A stretch of 64,000 nucleotides of DNA from Epithemia pelagica (GCA_946965045.2 OX337228.1:6386001-6450000), one strand, 5' to 3'; numbered from the stretch's first letter, positions 1 to 9,781 are shown. Translations and numbers: made by a program. Notes: generated from the letters alone by a model not told the origin.

Positions 1-41
1 CAGTGATTACACCGAAGACACAACACCATCATCACTCCATC

Positions 42-79
42 CGTTCCCACCACCATAGCGTTCCCACCACCATAGCGTT
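42..79. repeat. 17-bp tandem duplication (CGTTCCCACCACCATAG x2 plus partial)
   Basis: Identical units read directly at 42-58 and 59-75. Confidence 0.9.
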
Positions 80-149
80 GCCATTGCGTTGTCATACCGT
101 TGTCATCACCAACAACAACAACAAGCCGAAAGCCACAGCGGCACAGAAA

Positions 150-219
150 GTAAGTGTTTCCCTCGCCGATGGATGTGATGACAACAGTAACTAACCTTTG
201 CTTTCTTCCATGTTTACAG
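150..219 (+). other. Probable 70-nt spliceosomal intron upstream of the hairpin array
   Basis: GTAAGT donor at 150, CTAAC branch motif at about 191, pyrimidine tract, CAG acceptor ending 219. The parent transcript is unknown. Confidence 0.6.
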
Positions 220-232
220 GAAAAGTGGAATG

Positions 233-395
233 CAGTAAGGCCGTTCCCAAAACGGACCCGAAACCAAATCGAAAAGTAAGGCCGTTCCCAAAACGGACCC
301 GAAACCAAATCGAACAGTAAGGCCGTTCCCAAAACGGACCCGAATTCATTTTTTCAGTAAGGCCGTTTTAACGGACCCGAAACCAAAGTCCGGCC
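233..395 (+). repeat. Tandem array A: four ~41-bp units, each with a GGCCGTT-loop-AACGGACC hairpin
   Basis: Units start at 233, 274, 315 and 355 (CAGTAAGGCCGTTCCCAAAACGGACCCGAAACCAAATCGAA). Unit 4 has a shortened loop. Confidence 0.95.
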
Positions 396-402
396 ATTAA
401 CC

Positions 403-1830
403 ATGGCCCGGGACCGTCGACCCAAGGCGCCTCCAAAGGCGGCCTCAACAACATCCACGGCAGCAACCGCTGCTGTGAAATCTGAATCTCGTCCCAAAAA
501 ACGGGAACAAGAGGACGATGACAACTTTTCGATCTCGACTCCTATCCCGAAAAAGAAATCCAGGACGAAAGCGCCTGTGGATTCGGAGGAGGAAGAGGAG
601 AACAAATTCGATGATGAAAACTCAGTCGTACCAATCGACAAACCTCCCAAAAAGAAGGGGGACTCCTCAAAAACGGCCGCCTTGAAAAAGGATGAGTCGG
701 ATGAAGAGGAAGACGACGACAAAGTCGAAGATGACTGTCCTATATTCGAGGACAAGACTCTCGCTTTGTCCAACTACCTCCCCCGCCATCGGACCAAAGT
801 CAATAATTTTATGAACGAAAACGTTACGGCTTCCGCGGCGATCGCATTGGCAAATGCCATTGACGAGAATGTATGGTTCCCGCTGGGTCAAACGACTCCT
901 GGCGCGGATCTATATGGGTTCAGCCTGATTGCTCAGGCCAACAAGGTGCCGTTGAAAGAAGACGAGACGCTAGCAATGGCTATGAACAACCGCATTACGT
1001 CGTTGATCAAGCCTTTGTACAACTTTCAGAAAATCGAAGAAGCCAAGTTTAACTTGAGCGATTACAGCATCCCCACTCCAGTGGTGGTTGTCTTCCCGAG
1101 CAAAGGCGATGCCAAATACAAAGGCTTTGCTGTTTGTGGATCATGGATCTACGTTGCCAAAGAGAAGTACACGATGGAAGCAACCCAGCAGAACTTTTTG
1201 AATCTGGGTTACATGGAAATCGTGAACGAGAAAGGCGATCGTGTTCGTCACAAACACAGCCGATCCAAATTGGAAGAGACGACAAGGCGCCTCGAACAGG
1301 CTGTCACGAGTCTAGAGAACAGTGTCTTGGACATCAACACTGCCCATTTGGAATCGAGCATCAAAACGGAAGACACCACTTGGCGCCTCGAAGAGGCTGT
1401 CGCTGGATTGGCGTTGAGTACGAGCTCGATCTTAGAGAAGCTTGAACAAGGGACAAACAAGCCCTCCGGTTCATCTGAAGCTACTCTTGCCGAGTCTCCC
1501 GACTCCAAGGGAAAGGTTGGACCTACTCCGGAACCAGAAGGACCGGAACAGACCGACGAGGATATGATTCCTACCATTCCTTCTCCAGCACCGGAAGCGG
1601 AAGCGAAACCGACCCCTCCCAAACCCACGGTTATCAACATCAGCCGAGGTGAAGTTGTTCTACAGAAGGGACAAATGCTCCGTGTCCGAAAGGGCGTCAG
1701 GCATTTTGCCATTGTCCCCAACAAGGACTATGTCACAAAACTCCTACAAAAAGAAGAACAACGACGCAGGGAAATGGCAAACGCCGCCCTCAACCCGAAT
1801 TCGCACCATGTCCATGCGTCTCGCCGTTGA
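403..1830 (+). CDS. Orphan 475-aa protein: charged disordered N-terminus, central globular region, duplicated coiled-coil segment, Pro-rich linker
   Basis: Long ATG-initiated ORF with protein-like composition and an internal repeat (LEETTRRLEQAV / TEDTTWRLEEAV). No family recognised. Confidence 0.75.
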   Translation: MARDRRPKAPPKAASTTSTAATAAVKSESRPKKREQEDDDNFSISTPIPKKKSRTKAPVDSEEEEENKFDDENSVVPIDKPPKKKGDSSKTAALKKDESDEEEDDDKVEDDCPIFEDKTLALSNYLPRHRTKVNNFMNENVTASAAIALANAIDENVWFPLGQTTPGADLYGFSLIAQANKVPLKEDETLAMAMNNRITSLIKPLYNFQKIEEAKFNLSDYSIPTPVVVVFPSKGDAKYKGFAVCGSWIYVAKEKYTMEATQQNFLNLGYMEIVNEKGDRVRHKHSRSKLEETTRRLEQAVTSLENSVLDINTAHLESSIKTEDTTWRLEEAVAGLALSTSSILEKLEQGTNKPSGSSEATLAESPDSKGKVGPTPEPEGPEQTDEDMIPTIPSPAPEAEAKPTPPKPTVINISRGEVVLQKGQMLRVRKGVRHFAIVPNKDYVTKLLQKEEQRRREMANAALNPNSHHVHASRR

Positions 1831-2079
1831 AGAACGACGAAAAACCCTATCCTACTCCAATTTGTTATTGGAGTGGTATTTGTCATGCCACTCTACAAAT
1901 GGGGAAGAAGATACGAGTGGGGTAAACCTACTACTTGGAATTACTCTGTAAATCCTCGATACTAATATTGCTGTTTCAACACAGTCGATATCTCTGATAG
2001 GACTTGAAATTTTTCATGTGCTTATTATATTACTGACGATGGAAACTAAAGAAGACTCTGACGAAGGGTTGATTTAGAG

Positions 2080-2173
2080 GGGCCATGTAATCACATGGAC
2101 TCCGATGAAGAAGGCAGGGCCACGTTCTCGCGTGGACTCTGAACGAAGAAGGGCCATGTACTTACATGGACTC
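2080..2173 (+). repeat. Array B: three GGGCC-[12 nt]-GGACTC hairpin units overlapping the transposase stop codon
   Basis: Units at 2080, 2117 and 2151 with stems CCATGT/ACATGG, CCACGT/GCGTGG and CCATGT/ACATGG, each with a 4-nt loop. Confidence 0.9.
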
Positions 2174-5100
2174 TTCCGAACTTTGGGTCCCATTGTTAAT
2201 TCTGCGATTGGGACAACCAAGAAGATGAGGTGGGCGTCCGTTCCGATTAGGGCGTCTCACCCATTCTAAAAAAGCTTGACAGCAAATCTGTTGTTGTGCC
2301 TTGGGGCGTTTGGTACGAGCGATGTCTCTCCACGACCACGACGACGCAGATGCCTGTGAGCAAATCTCAATGGGACTCTCTCGAGTGCCCGACATTTCAA
2401 TTGCTTTCCTGACACCCTCAGGAGGAGTATATTTTACCTTATAAGGATTGGTGATCTTGACCGATGAGGGAATACCCGAAGCATCGGAGACACGATGCTT
2501 GGAGGCCACAGACTTTTTCGCAGGCGTCTGTTTGAATGCTTGAGAAAAAATCGACGGTGCACTCAGGACATCGATACAAACGGGCTCTTCGAACGGATTG
2601 CCAATAGTATCCTGTGTTTTGGGTTCTTGTTGGGTTGGCACGATGGTTGCAATCTCTGCCGAAGTGTCCAATTCAATGCGATTGGTGCTGATCGTGTCCA
2701 CCTCGACACCATCACATTCCATAGAAGGTGGAAGTGAGCACGATAGCTGCGAAGGCGAGGCCGTTGGAGGAACGGACGCCCTACCCGATCGTACCTCGTG
2801 TGGCAACGGCGTTGGATTATGCCCACACGCCCGACAATAACAACGATCAGACAAAGGACTTGTCTCCACTTCGGCTTCTCTCTGTAGTTGCTCCGACAAG
2901 TACTGGGCGAAGAAACGCTCACCGTTGTCTTCGGGGAGAGGACGAGCATAGTCGAAGGGTGACACCGGATAACCAATGGATTCAGCCAATCCATTGGCGA
3001 AAGTCAAGTCACTATGATTGAAAAACTCGGGATGGTTCTTCCATCCTGAAGGAACATTGGGGCGAGAAACACTCGACTCCTCCGCCATACGGATCTTGTG
3101 ACGAATCTTGGTGTTGTAACGGGCAGTGCCCACCAGATTCAATGTATCACACAGATCCGCCCTCATTCCGCAATTAGCGAAGTGGGCCAACTGGTCGTGG
3201 TACTGCTCGACCTTGGACTCACATCGTAACGAGATATATTCGTTGCACTCGTGTTTTGTGGAAGGTGTTGGTTTGATTACACGATAAGTTTCGTGTAAAG
3301 GCAGGGCATCCTGGATGTGGACTGCGTTCTTCATCTGTTCGGTCACGGCGGTCTTCGTGTCGACAGTGAACAGCTTCTTACCAGTACTTGGATCAGTATC
3401 GCCCTTATACTGGTCCATCCACCTCTGCAAGTTATGAGCGATCACATCCGGAGGATGTATCTGCTTCATAAGGAACTTGGAGTACTTGCGGCGGAACTCC
3501 GGTCCCGACTGCATCTCCAATATTTCAGCAGGGGAAAGAGGACCAGACCGTCCCATTTGACCCGCCTTCAATGCCTTGAGCAAGGCATTGTACGAGTCCG
3601 GCTCGAAACCATACACGCATTCCAAGAGCTCATTAAGAGCCTTGTGGTAATGGCGATGTCCCTGGCGCATTGTTTTGATGATGCGCTGTTGGAAATGGTA
3701 GAGTCCAAGACGACCCTCCAAGGTATCTCCAAAGAGGAGTTTCCAGAACTCACACTTCTTTGGCCATGTATGGCTATACATGGAAACGGGGTTGAAACCC
3801 TTTCGACGGGCTAAACATTCAGCGGCATGAGCAAAAGACTTTGTCTTTGTGTCCTCGACACAAACGGCTGAGGCAATCTCTCCAGTCTCTGTCGCCGAAT
3901 CCCAAACGGCCTTGATCCCAAGGGATTTTTTATAATTCTTGGCGACCTCCATAGTATGATCCTGGGCGAACATACTGGAGGTCGTGACGGATTGTATCTC
4001 CCTGATACAACGATCTTTGTCCGAAACGCCATAGTTGTTGGCCGTGGAAGTCGAAGCACGGTCAAATAAATCACGGAGCGAATCTCCTGATGGTGGGAAG
4101 GTGGGGAGATATTCGCCCGCTAACTCCGGATACAAAGGGACGCCCAAAGGGGCGTCACTAACACCAATGAGACTCTTCCATTCCGACAGATATTCTGTGA
4201 ATCGCCGGAGATGAGTGTTGGTGATGCCAGCATAAATGGAGCGCGACAATTTGTCGGCGTTACCATATGTCAGCATGTTCTCTTCGAGTACATGACTGCA
4301 TGCCCGGTCAAGATGGAACATCATGCCATTGTCGGCGAACTTCGGTTCGACCGGATAAGCCGACCGAACATGAATCGGAAGGGTCATGAGAACTTTGGCA
4401 GAGTTCCCATCATATCGCATTGGGCATTTTGAACATTTGTACGACATAACAATGGCCCAGTCGGGGGGACCATTGACGTTAAAAATGGGAAACAACTTCT
4501 TATTCTTTGAGAAGTTGCTGCGGTCTCGGCGCAATGTCCCATTATCGCAATCTGGACAGGGGATGACAATGCCAGGGAATTGGTCTTCCCAGCAAACATT
4601 GTAAATCCTCTGACCCTCAATCGAATGATAATGAGGGTCAATTGGCTGTCCATAACGGACGACCGGAATCTGGAATTCCAGTGTCTGTGGTGTGAACCAA
4701 TTCTGTTCCTTGTGGTTCAATAAATGGCGGGTAACTGCCATTATTGGTAGGGGAACCCCATTCTTCTTCTCGGTTGAGGAAGAGACAAAGTCCGGGTCGG
4801 CCATTGCATCTCGCACTGCGTCGTGAAGATTTGTATGGTTGGTTCTCTGAGGAGCCACCATTTGCTGGGCGTACTCACGTACGCTCGGTTCTGCGGTCGA
4901 TATGTTAAAAAAAGTCCCCGTGAAGGGCTTTTCGTTCGTAGCGGCAAGTTTCTTGTCGTTCTCTTCGGATTTCACGGTGGTTTTGTTCTTATGCCCCTTC
5001 GTCTTTCGATTGTGGGGGCAAAGAACATGGTGTCCTCGATGCGGCTGTTTTAGCCCATTGAGTTTGGTGTAGCACATGATGCAGTCCTTCGAAGGGTCGA

Positions 5101-5437
5101 AGGCCTTTGCATCACAGTCGAGCGCATTGTCAGAGACTTTGCCAGTCATCTTCTTCTGCCCCTTACTCTGGTAGCACCGGTATTGGTACTCTTGCTTTCG
5201 TTTGATAGCAGTGGTGGCTTTTTGGCGCATCTGGCTTTGGATGCCCATTTCACCGTCTTCTGCTTCGTCCGTTGGGTTCATTCGGTCCTGTGCTCTCGCT
5301 GCTGCGTTAGCGTCAACGTAGCAGCAGAAGAAGAAAGGATCCAGAGTCGACTTGATGCCGCCCTTCGTCCGTTGGGTCGTCTCCGGAGAGACGCCCTTTT
5401 GGCCAGTAAAGCCCATATTAGAATCCTCTTTGTCCAT
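2162..5437 (-). mobile_element. Putative DDE (RNase H fold, MULE/hAT-clan, DUF6729-like) DNA transposase, about 1091 aa from the first ATG
   Basis: Cys/His clusters (CIMC..HRGHHVLCPH; CPDC..YKCSKC), then AQDHT (D1), MYSHTWP (D2 position), RLGLYH (C/DxxH-like), a helical insert and SKVEQYH (E). The order matches MULE-clan transposases. Family naming is from memory, not a search. Confidence 0.6.
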
Positions 5438-5827
5438 CCCTCTTGGTTTTGTTTTTGTTTTTAGAATTATGAGAGTAGTCGTGCGTTGTGCGTTTTTTAG
5501 AGAGCTGAGGAGGGAATTTTTCGTGTTGGCATTTTCTGGTGAACTCGGTGGGGAATCGGCATGTTCCGAATTCCTTCCGACCGGGACCACCGACTTTGAA
5601 ATATTGAATAGTGTTACTTAGATGTTTTTTATAGCTAATTGGATCGCAATTGGATTTTTTTAGACTAATTATTAGTGTTGATCCGACAGTTGGTTGACAG
5701 TTGGAGGATAGTGATAGGGGGGAAAAGGCACCAATCAGATCGCTGCCTGAGGAAACTGCACCCCTCCCCCCTAATGACATGAGAGAGGAGAGAGGATGAG
5801 GACAAAAAAGGACAATGGGTAATGGGT

Positions 5828-6126
5828 AGGTTGGACCCGCGAGCTCAAATCGATGCGGTTAGGTTACCAGCGCATCCTAGCCTCTGCGGTTCCATATATC
5901 CTCGTGTTCCGCAGTTCCGCACGACTATAGGATTTTATGTACTCTGCACAAATATGACGTACGGGCGGTCAGACCTAGATAGCACCAAATCGGCGCACCC
6001 CGGCATTACTGTGCGTAGGTGCGGGTAGTGCGGGTCGGATCAGCCAGTCTCGTTCGTTGCGGTGCCTGGGATCAGCACCACGGATCCGCGAATCCGATCC
6101 GCAGCACCGCGGTGCGGGTCCAACCT
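5828..6126. mobile_element. MITE-like element, ~300 bp, with 13-bp perfect terminal inverted repeats
   Basis: AGGTTGGACCCGC at 5828-5840 and its reverse complement GCGGGTCCAACCT at 6114-6126. The interior is GC-rich and the flanks are AATGGG(T/C) repeats. No clean TSD. Confidence 0.6.
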
Positions 6127-6431
6127 CTACTGGGAATAATGGGTAATGGGCAATGGGTACCTCGTATTTCAAGCCTTCATTCTAATCCCCAGCGAGGAGA
6201 GTAGTCCAAGGGGAATTCCAGAATTCACCATCAAATTTCCACCTTCGCTTGGGCGTAGTCTTCATTTTTCAGTCTCGCCTTTGGTCCTGGATTGCATGAC
6301 GCCTACATATAGTAGTGTACGAATACTCGTACTAGTATGTCTATGTTGTATAATTATTAAAAATAGTTTGTTGTAGGAGTACATTGTAGCACTGATGAGT
6401 AGTACTTGTACTCTTAGTAACTGGTACTCGT

Positions 6432-6872
6432 AGCTAGTGCCTCGTCTCGGGTTGTGCCCATTTCGGCCTAGAAACACCCTTTGGGCACATAGTTTCAACT
6501 AGATAGAACATGATCAAAATTAGGCCTACGGCAACGTGTGGATGCTCAAAGTTCTTCTCCAAGACATCCTCTATCAACATTTTATATTCCATTGCACCCA
6601 TATATGACATATCTAGGTCATATGAGTGCCTCCATAGCACCTCCTTTGGGGGGTTGTACTCGGTTTTTGGCTAGGCGCTCATATGACCTAGATATGTCAT
6701 ATATGGGTGCAATGGGGTATCAAATGTTGATAGAGGATGTCTTGGAGAAGAACTTTGAGCATCCACACGTTGCCGTAGGCCTAATATTGATCATGTTCTA
6801 TCTAGTTGAAACTATGTGCCCAAAGGGTGTTTCTAGGCCGAAATGGGCACAACCCGAGACGAGGCACTAGCT
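6432..6872. mobile_element. Foldback element: 200-bp inverted arms (5 mismatches) around a 41-bp spacer
   Basis: Arms 6432-6631 and 6673-6872 aligned by hand. The ends read (C)TA|GTGCC...GGCAC|TA(G), compatible with a TA or CTAG target duplication. Confidence 0.9.
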
Positions 6873-7065
6873 CTACCAGGGACGCAGCTACGAGTACCGA
6901 GTACCCAGTAGTTGCAAGGCCGAAATTCAACGCGAGAGGACCAACCAGAATCCGACACTCCATGCATGACTACCACCAGTGAGACTCCCAACGCGATTTC
7001 ATTCTGCTCAATCCTCTTGGACTTCGACATACATTGACGTTGGACATACCAGACACCAAATACCA

Positions 7066-7368
7066 GGGTCCCAATTCCCAATAATTCTCAAGCTTCAATT
7101 CCCAAGTCCCCAAGTCCCAGGTCCCAAACTACTGGCACTCGTTACTCGTAAGAGTAGCTCGTACTCGTAGTGGTAGTCTCTAAGAACTCTATTTCTCTAT
7201 TTTGTACTGTGTAGTTCTTGCTCTTGCTCGCAAATACGAGTATCACTTTCACCCCCTGCCCACTGGGACCTGCCCTCAATTACCATCAACGATCACCTCC
7301 ATCCCCCATTCAATCATCAAAGTCACTGCAAGACTGCAAGTAACTTTGGGACTTGGGACTTGGGACCC
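7066..7368. mobile_element. Possible second ~300-bp MITE remnant with 16-bp inverted termini and GGGAC(T)T-type subterminal repeats
   Basis: GGGTCCCAATTCCCAA at 7066 versus the reverse complement of TTGGGACTTGGGACCC ending 7368 (15/16 match). No TSD seen. Confidence 0.4.
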
Positions 7369-8206
7369 ATCAAAATCATCCTCAATCCCCCAATGCCCAT
7401 CCCCCAATCACAACGCCCATCCCCCATCCCCCAACCCCAATCACAAATCACAACGCCCTACCCATACCTCGTATTGTACATGTACTCGTAAGAGTACTCG
7501 TGCGAGTACTGTGTCTCACTGAAAATATAGCCTCGGCGGAAACACAAACACCAACTAGCCGCTAGCTCAGCTCTACCTAAACTCTACGCCCGACGATGTA
7601 TCTTTCGTATCTTGGTTCCTTGAGTAGCAGTTCGTAGTTCGTAGTTCGTACGACTACGAGTACAAAGTCTTTCTATCGTATTTAATCCTTGTTGGCTCTC
7701 TTCTGTTATGTTTTGGCAATTGGCAATTGGTTTCTGTCAATACAAAATTTTACCTTTGTCGATAACAAAACATAGAAGTCATCGGGAGATTCTGAGGTCA
7801 CCTACCAAACGCCTGATTGTATATTTAAAAGTTATGAAAGCTGGTTGGGTGATCTGGGAAAGCTCAAAGAGAAAAGGACTGCCTCCGTCATTGGTCATTC
7901 GTCACGAATCACGAAGGGGCCAAAAGCTCCTCCAGTTTGTCATTGTCATTGGGAATTGGGACTACTCCTTCCGGCGTGTTCCACATTGCAATCTATTTTT
8001 GTTCTGCTTTTTGATGTTGATCGCATTAGTCATAAACTGCTCCTTTCAAATATATTCTATCTGTTTGTCATCTTGGTTTTTCGCTTGAGTTGGAATCTGT
8101 TTCCCAAGTCCGCTAGTTATTCCTCAAGCGCAACGTCTTTTGAGATCTGATATACACCGGGCTTTTACGCCTTACCTTATCCAGAAGCATCAAAACCAAA
8201 TCCGTC

Positions 8207-9781
8207 ATGTTTGACTCACCGCTCAACACGATCAAGAGAGTAGTATCCGCGGGCTTGTTAGTCTTTTCCATTGTGGTCATCTCCGTCACCATCTTTGATG
8301 AACAAACTCGATTGTCTGAAGAACTGGGCTCTGCTGTTGCCTTCGTCGCCATGTGGCTTGCCCTGGTTTGGTTGGCCCGGGTCGAAGGAGGTCAGGCTTG
8401 CATGGTCGGTTTGCCTCCTGTCGATCCAAGTCTCTACAAAGAATCTCATCGCATCTCGCACCAGGTTTGTGCCATTGGACACAAGGGAGATAACTTGGAG
8501 CGCTACCTGATGGGACGTCAGTTTATGGTGTTGGTGTTGGTCTTTGTCATCAACATGGCCGCATCTCCGGTCGAAGATACCAAGGAACGTCGTACTGTGG
8601 TAGGCCAATTCTTTATGGAATTTGGATTGGCTCTGATTTTGTTGACGGCAATGGTTGGTCAGCTTTTCACCCAAGTAACTGCCTCGTACTGCATGTTGGA
8701 TTACACGAACAGTCACTTCATGACATTCACAGTTTATGTTGCGCTGGCTATTGAAGCTTCCGGTATTTTGCATGCGTCTTACCTCGTGCAGTACGCGGCG
8801 GCCTTTCTCTCTGGCCGCCCCGTTGAAACCAACGAGGCTCCGAGAAACCTCACGCAAAATATCTTCTTTTGGGGCCGAGTCCTCCTCTCCTGCGGTCTGC
8901 TAACGATGGCTTTCGCTGTCACCATGTCTGCCCTCTTTGAAGGAAAGACCACAATCTGGGGTGGTTTGCCTTCGACTGCAGGAGTCGTTCTGTTCTTTGT
9001 ATTGATGTCCATTGTGGGTATGCTGGAAGGTATGCAAATTGCCTTTTTTGCTGTCACCAAGTTAACCGAAGAAGAGCGAAATCAAAATCGATGGTCGCAC
9101 TGGGTTTGTGATATTTTGTTTGGGAGTGATGGCCGTGGTCTGGCTGGTTTCATGATTGGTCGTCAGTTGTGTGTAGCTTCCTGCTTCTTTGGGATTGCTC
9201 GTATCACGACAATCTCTCTAGATGATGGTGAAGACAATGTGTTAGGGGTTTCCGACGGTGTCCAGAGTTTCTTTGAGACTGGTCTCTTGGGTGCCATTAT
9301 CACCACCACTGTTGGATCGCTGGCTTGGCAACTGATTGCTTCCGCCTTTCCTATCGCCTTCTTGGGAAACCCCGTCACGTACACGCTACTCCGCATCTGT
9401 TTGATCTTGGAATCGACTGGTATTTGTGCGTTTTCCTGGGTCTTGTCGGAACTTCAACAAGAATTTATGGACTTCCATGAAGATGAGTACTACATTGGAA
9501 CAGCAGAGCAACGTGCCGCCAAGGGTAAAGCGGATAAATCGAAGGCCGGTCTATTGACCGCGAATAAGGTTCTGCCCAGTCGTGAGAAGAAAAAGTATGA
9601 AGGCATTTCAACTGAAGATCTGCTGGAACACATCGAAAGCTTGAAGGCCCAAGTCGACAAAGCCAAGACCAAGGAAGAACGTGAGGCTATGGAACGTGAA
9701 CTGACTGTCATGGAAATGGTTTTACGGGAACAGAAGCAGAAGCAAACGGAAGGCGTCGGAAAGGGAGGCGACCAAGTTTAA
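8207..9781 (+). CDS. SIT: Diatom silicon (silicic acid) transporter
   Basis: Four GXQ motifs (EGGQ, GRQ, EGMQ, GRQ), the CMLD motif, about 10 hydrophobic segments and a C-terminal coiled coil. No intron needed. Confidence 0.95.
   Translation: MFDSPLNTIKRVVSAGLLVFSIVVISVTIFDEQTRLSEELGSAVAFVAMWLALVWLARVEGGQACMVGLPPVDPSLYKESHRISHQVCAIGHKGDNLERYLMGRQFMVLVLVFVINMAASPVEDTKERRTVVGQFFMEFGLALILLTAMVGQLFTQVTASYCMLDYTNSHFMTFTVYVALAIEASGILHASYLVQYAAAFLSGRPVETNEAPRNLTQNIFFWGRVLLSCGLLTMAFAVTMSALFEGKTTIWGGLPSTAGVVLFFVLMSIVGMLEGMQIAFFAVTKLTEEERNQNRWSHWVCDILFGSDGRGLAGFMIGRQLCVASCFFGIARITTISLDDGEDNVLGVSDGVQSFFETGLLGAIITTTVGSLAWQLIASAFPIAFLGNPVTYTLLRICLILESTGICAFSWVLSELQQEFMDFHEDEYYIGTAEQRAAKGKADKSKAGLLTANKVLPSREKKKYEGISTEDLLEHIESLKAQVDKAKTKEEREAMERELTVMEMVLREQKQKQTEGVGKGGDQV

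Noticed and set aside
233-395. CRISPR-like or guide-RNA array
   Set aside because: The sequence between hairpins is repeated rather than unique, there are no cas-like genes, and the context is eukaryotic.
2030-2150. Hammerhead ribozyme (CTGACGA at 2033 and 2058; GAAAC at 2042)
   Set aside because: Only 2 nt separate CTGACGA from GAAA, so there is no stem II. There is no NUH site or stem III, and the later units have GAAG rather than GAAA.
6262-6870. Short ORFs on both strands with identical peptide segments
   Set aside because: They are a by-product of the 200-bp inverted repeat and have no coding features.
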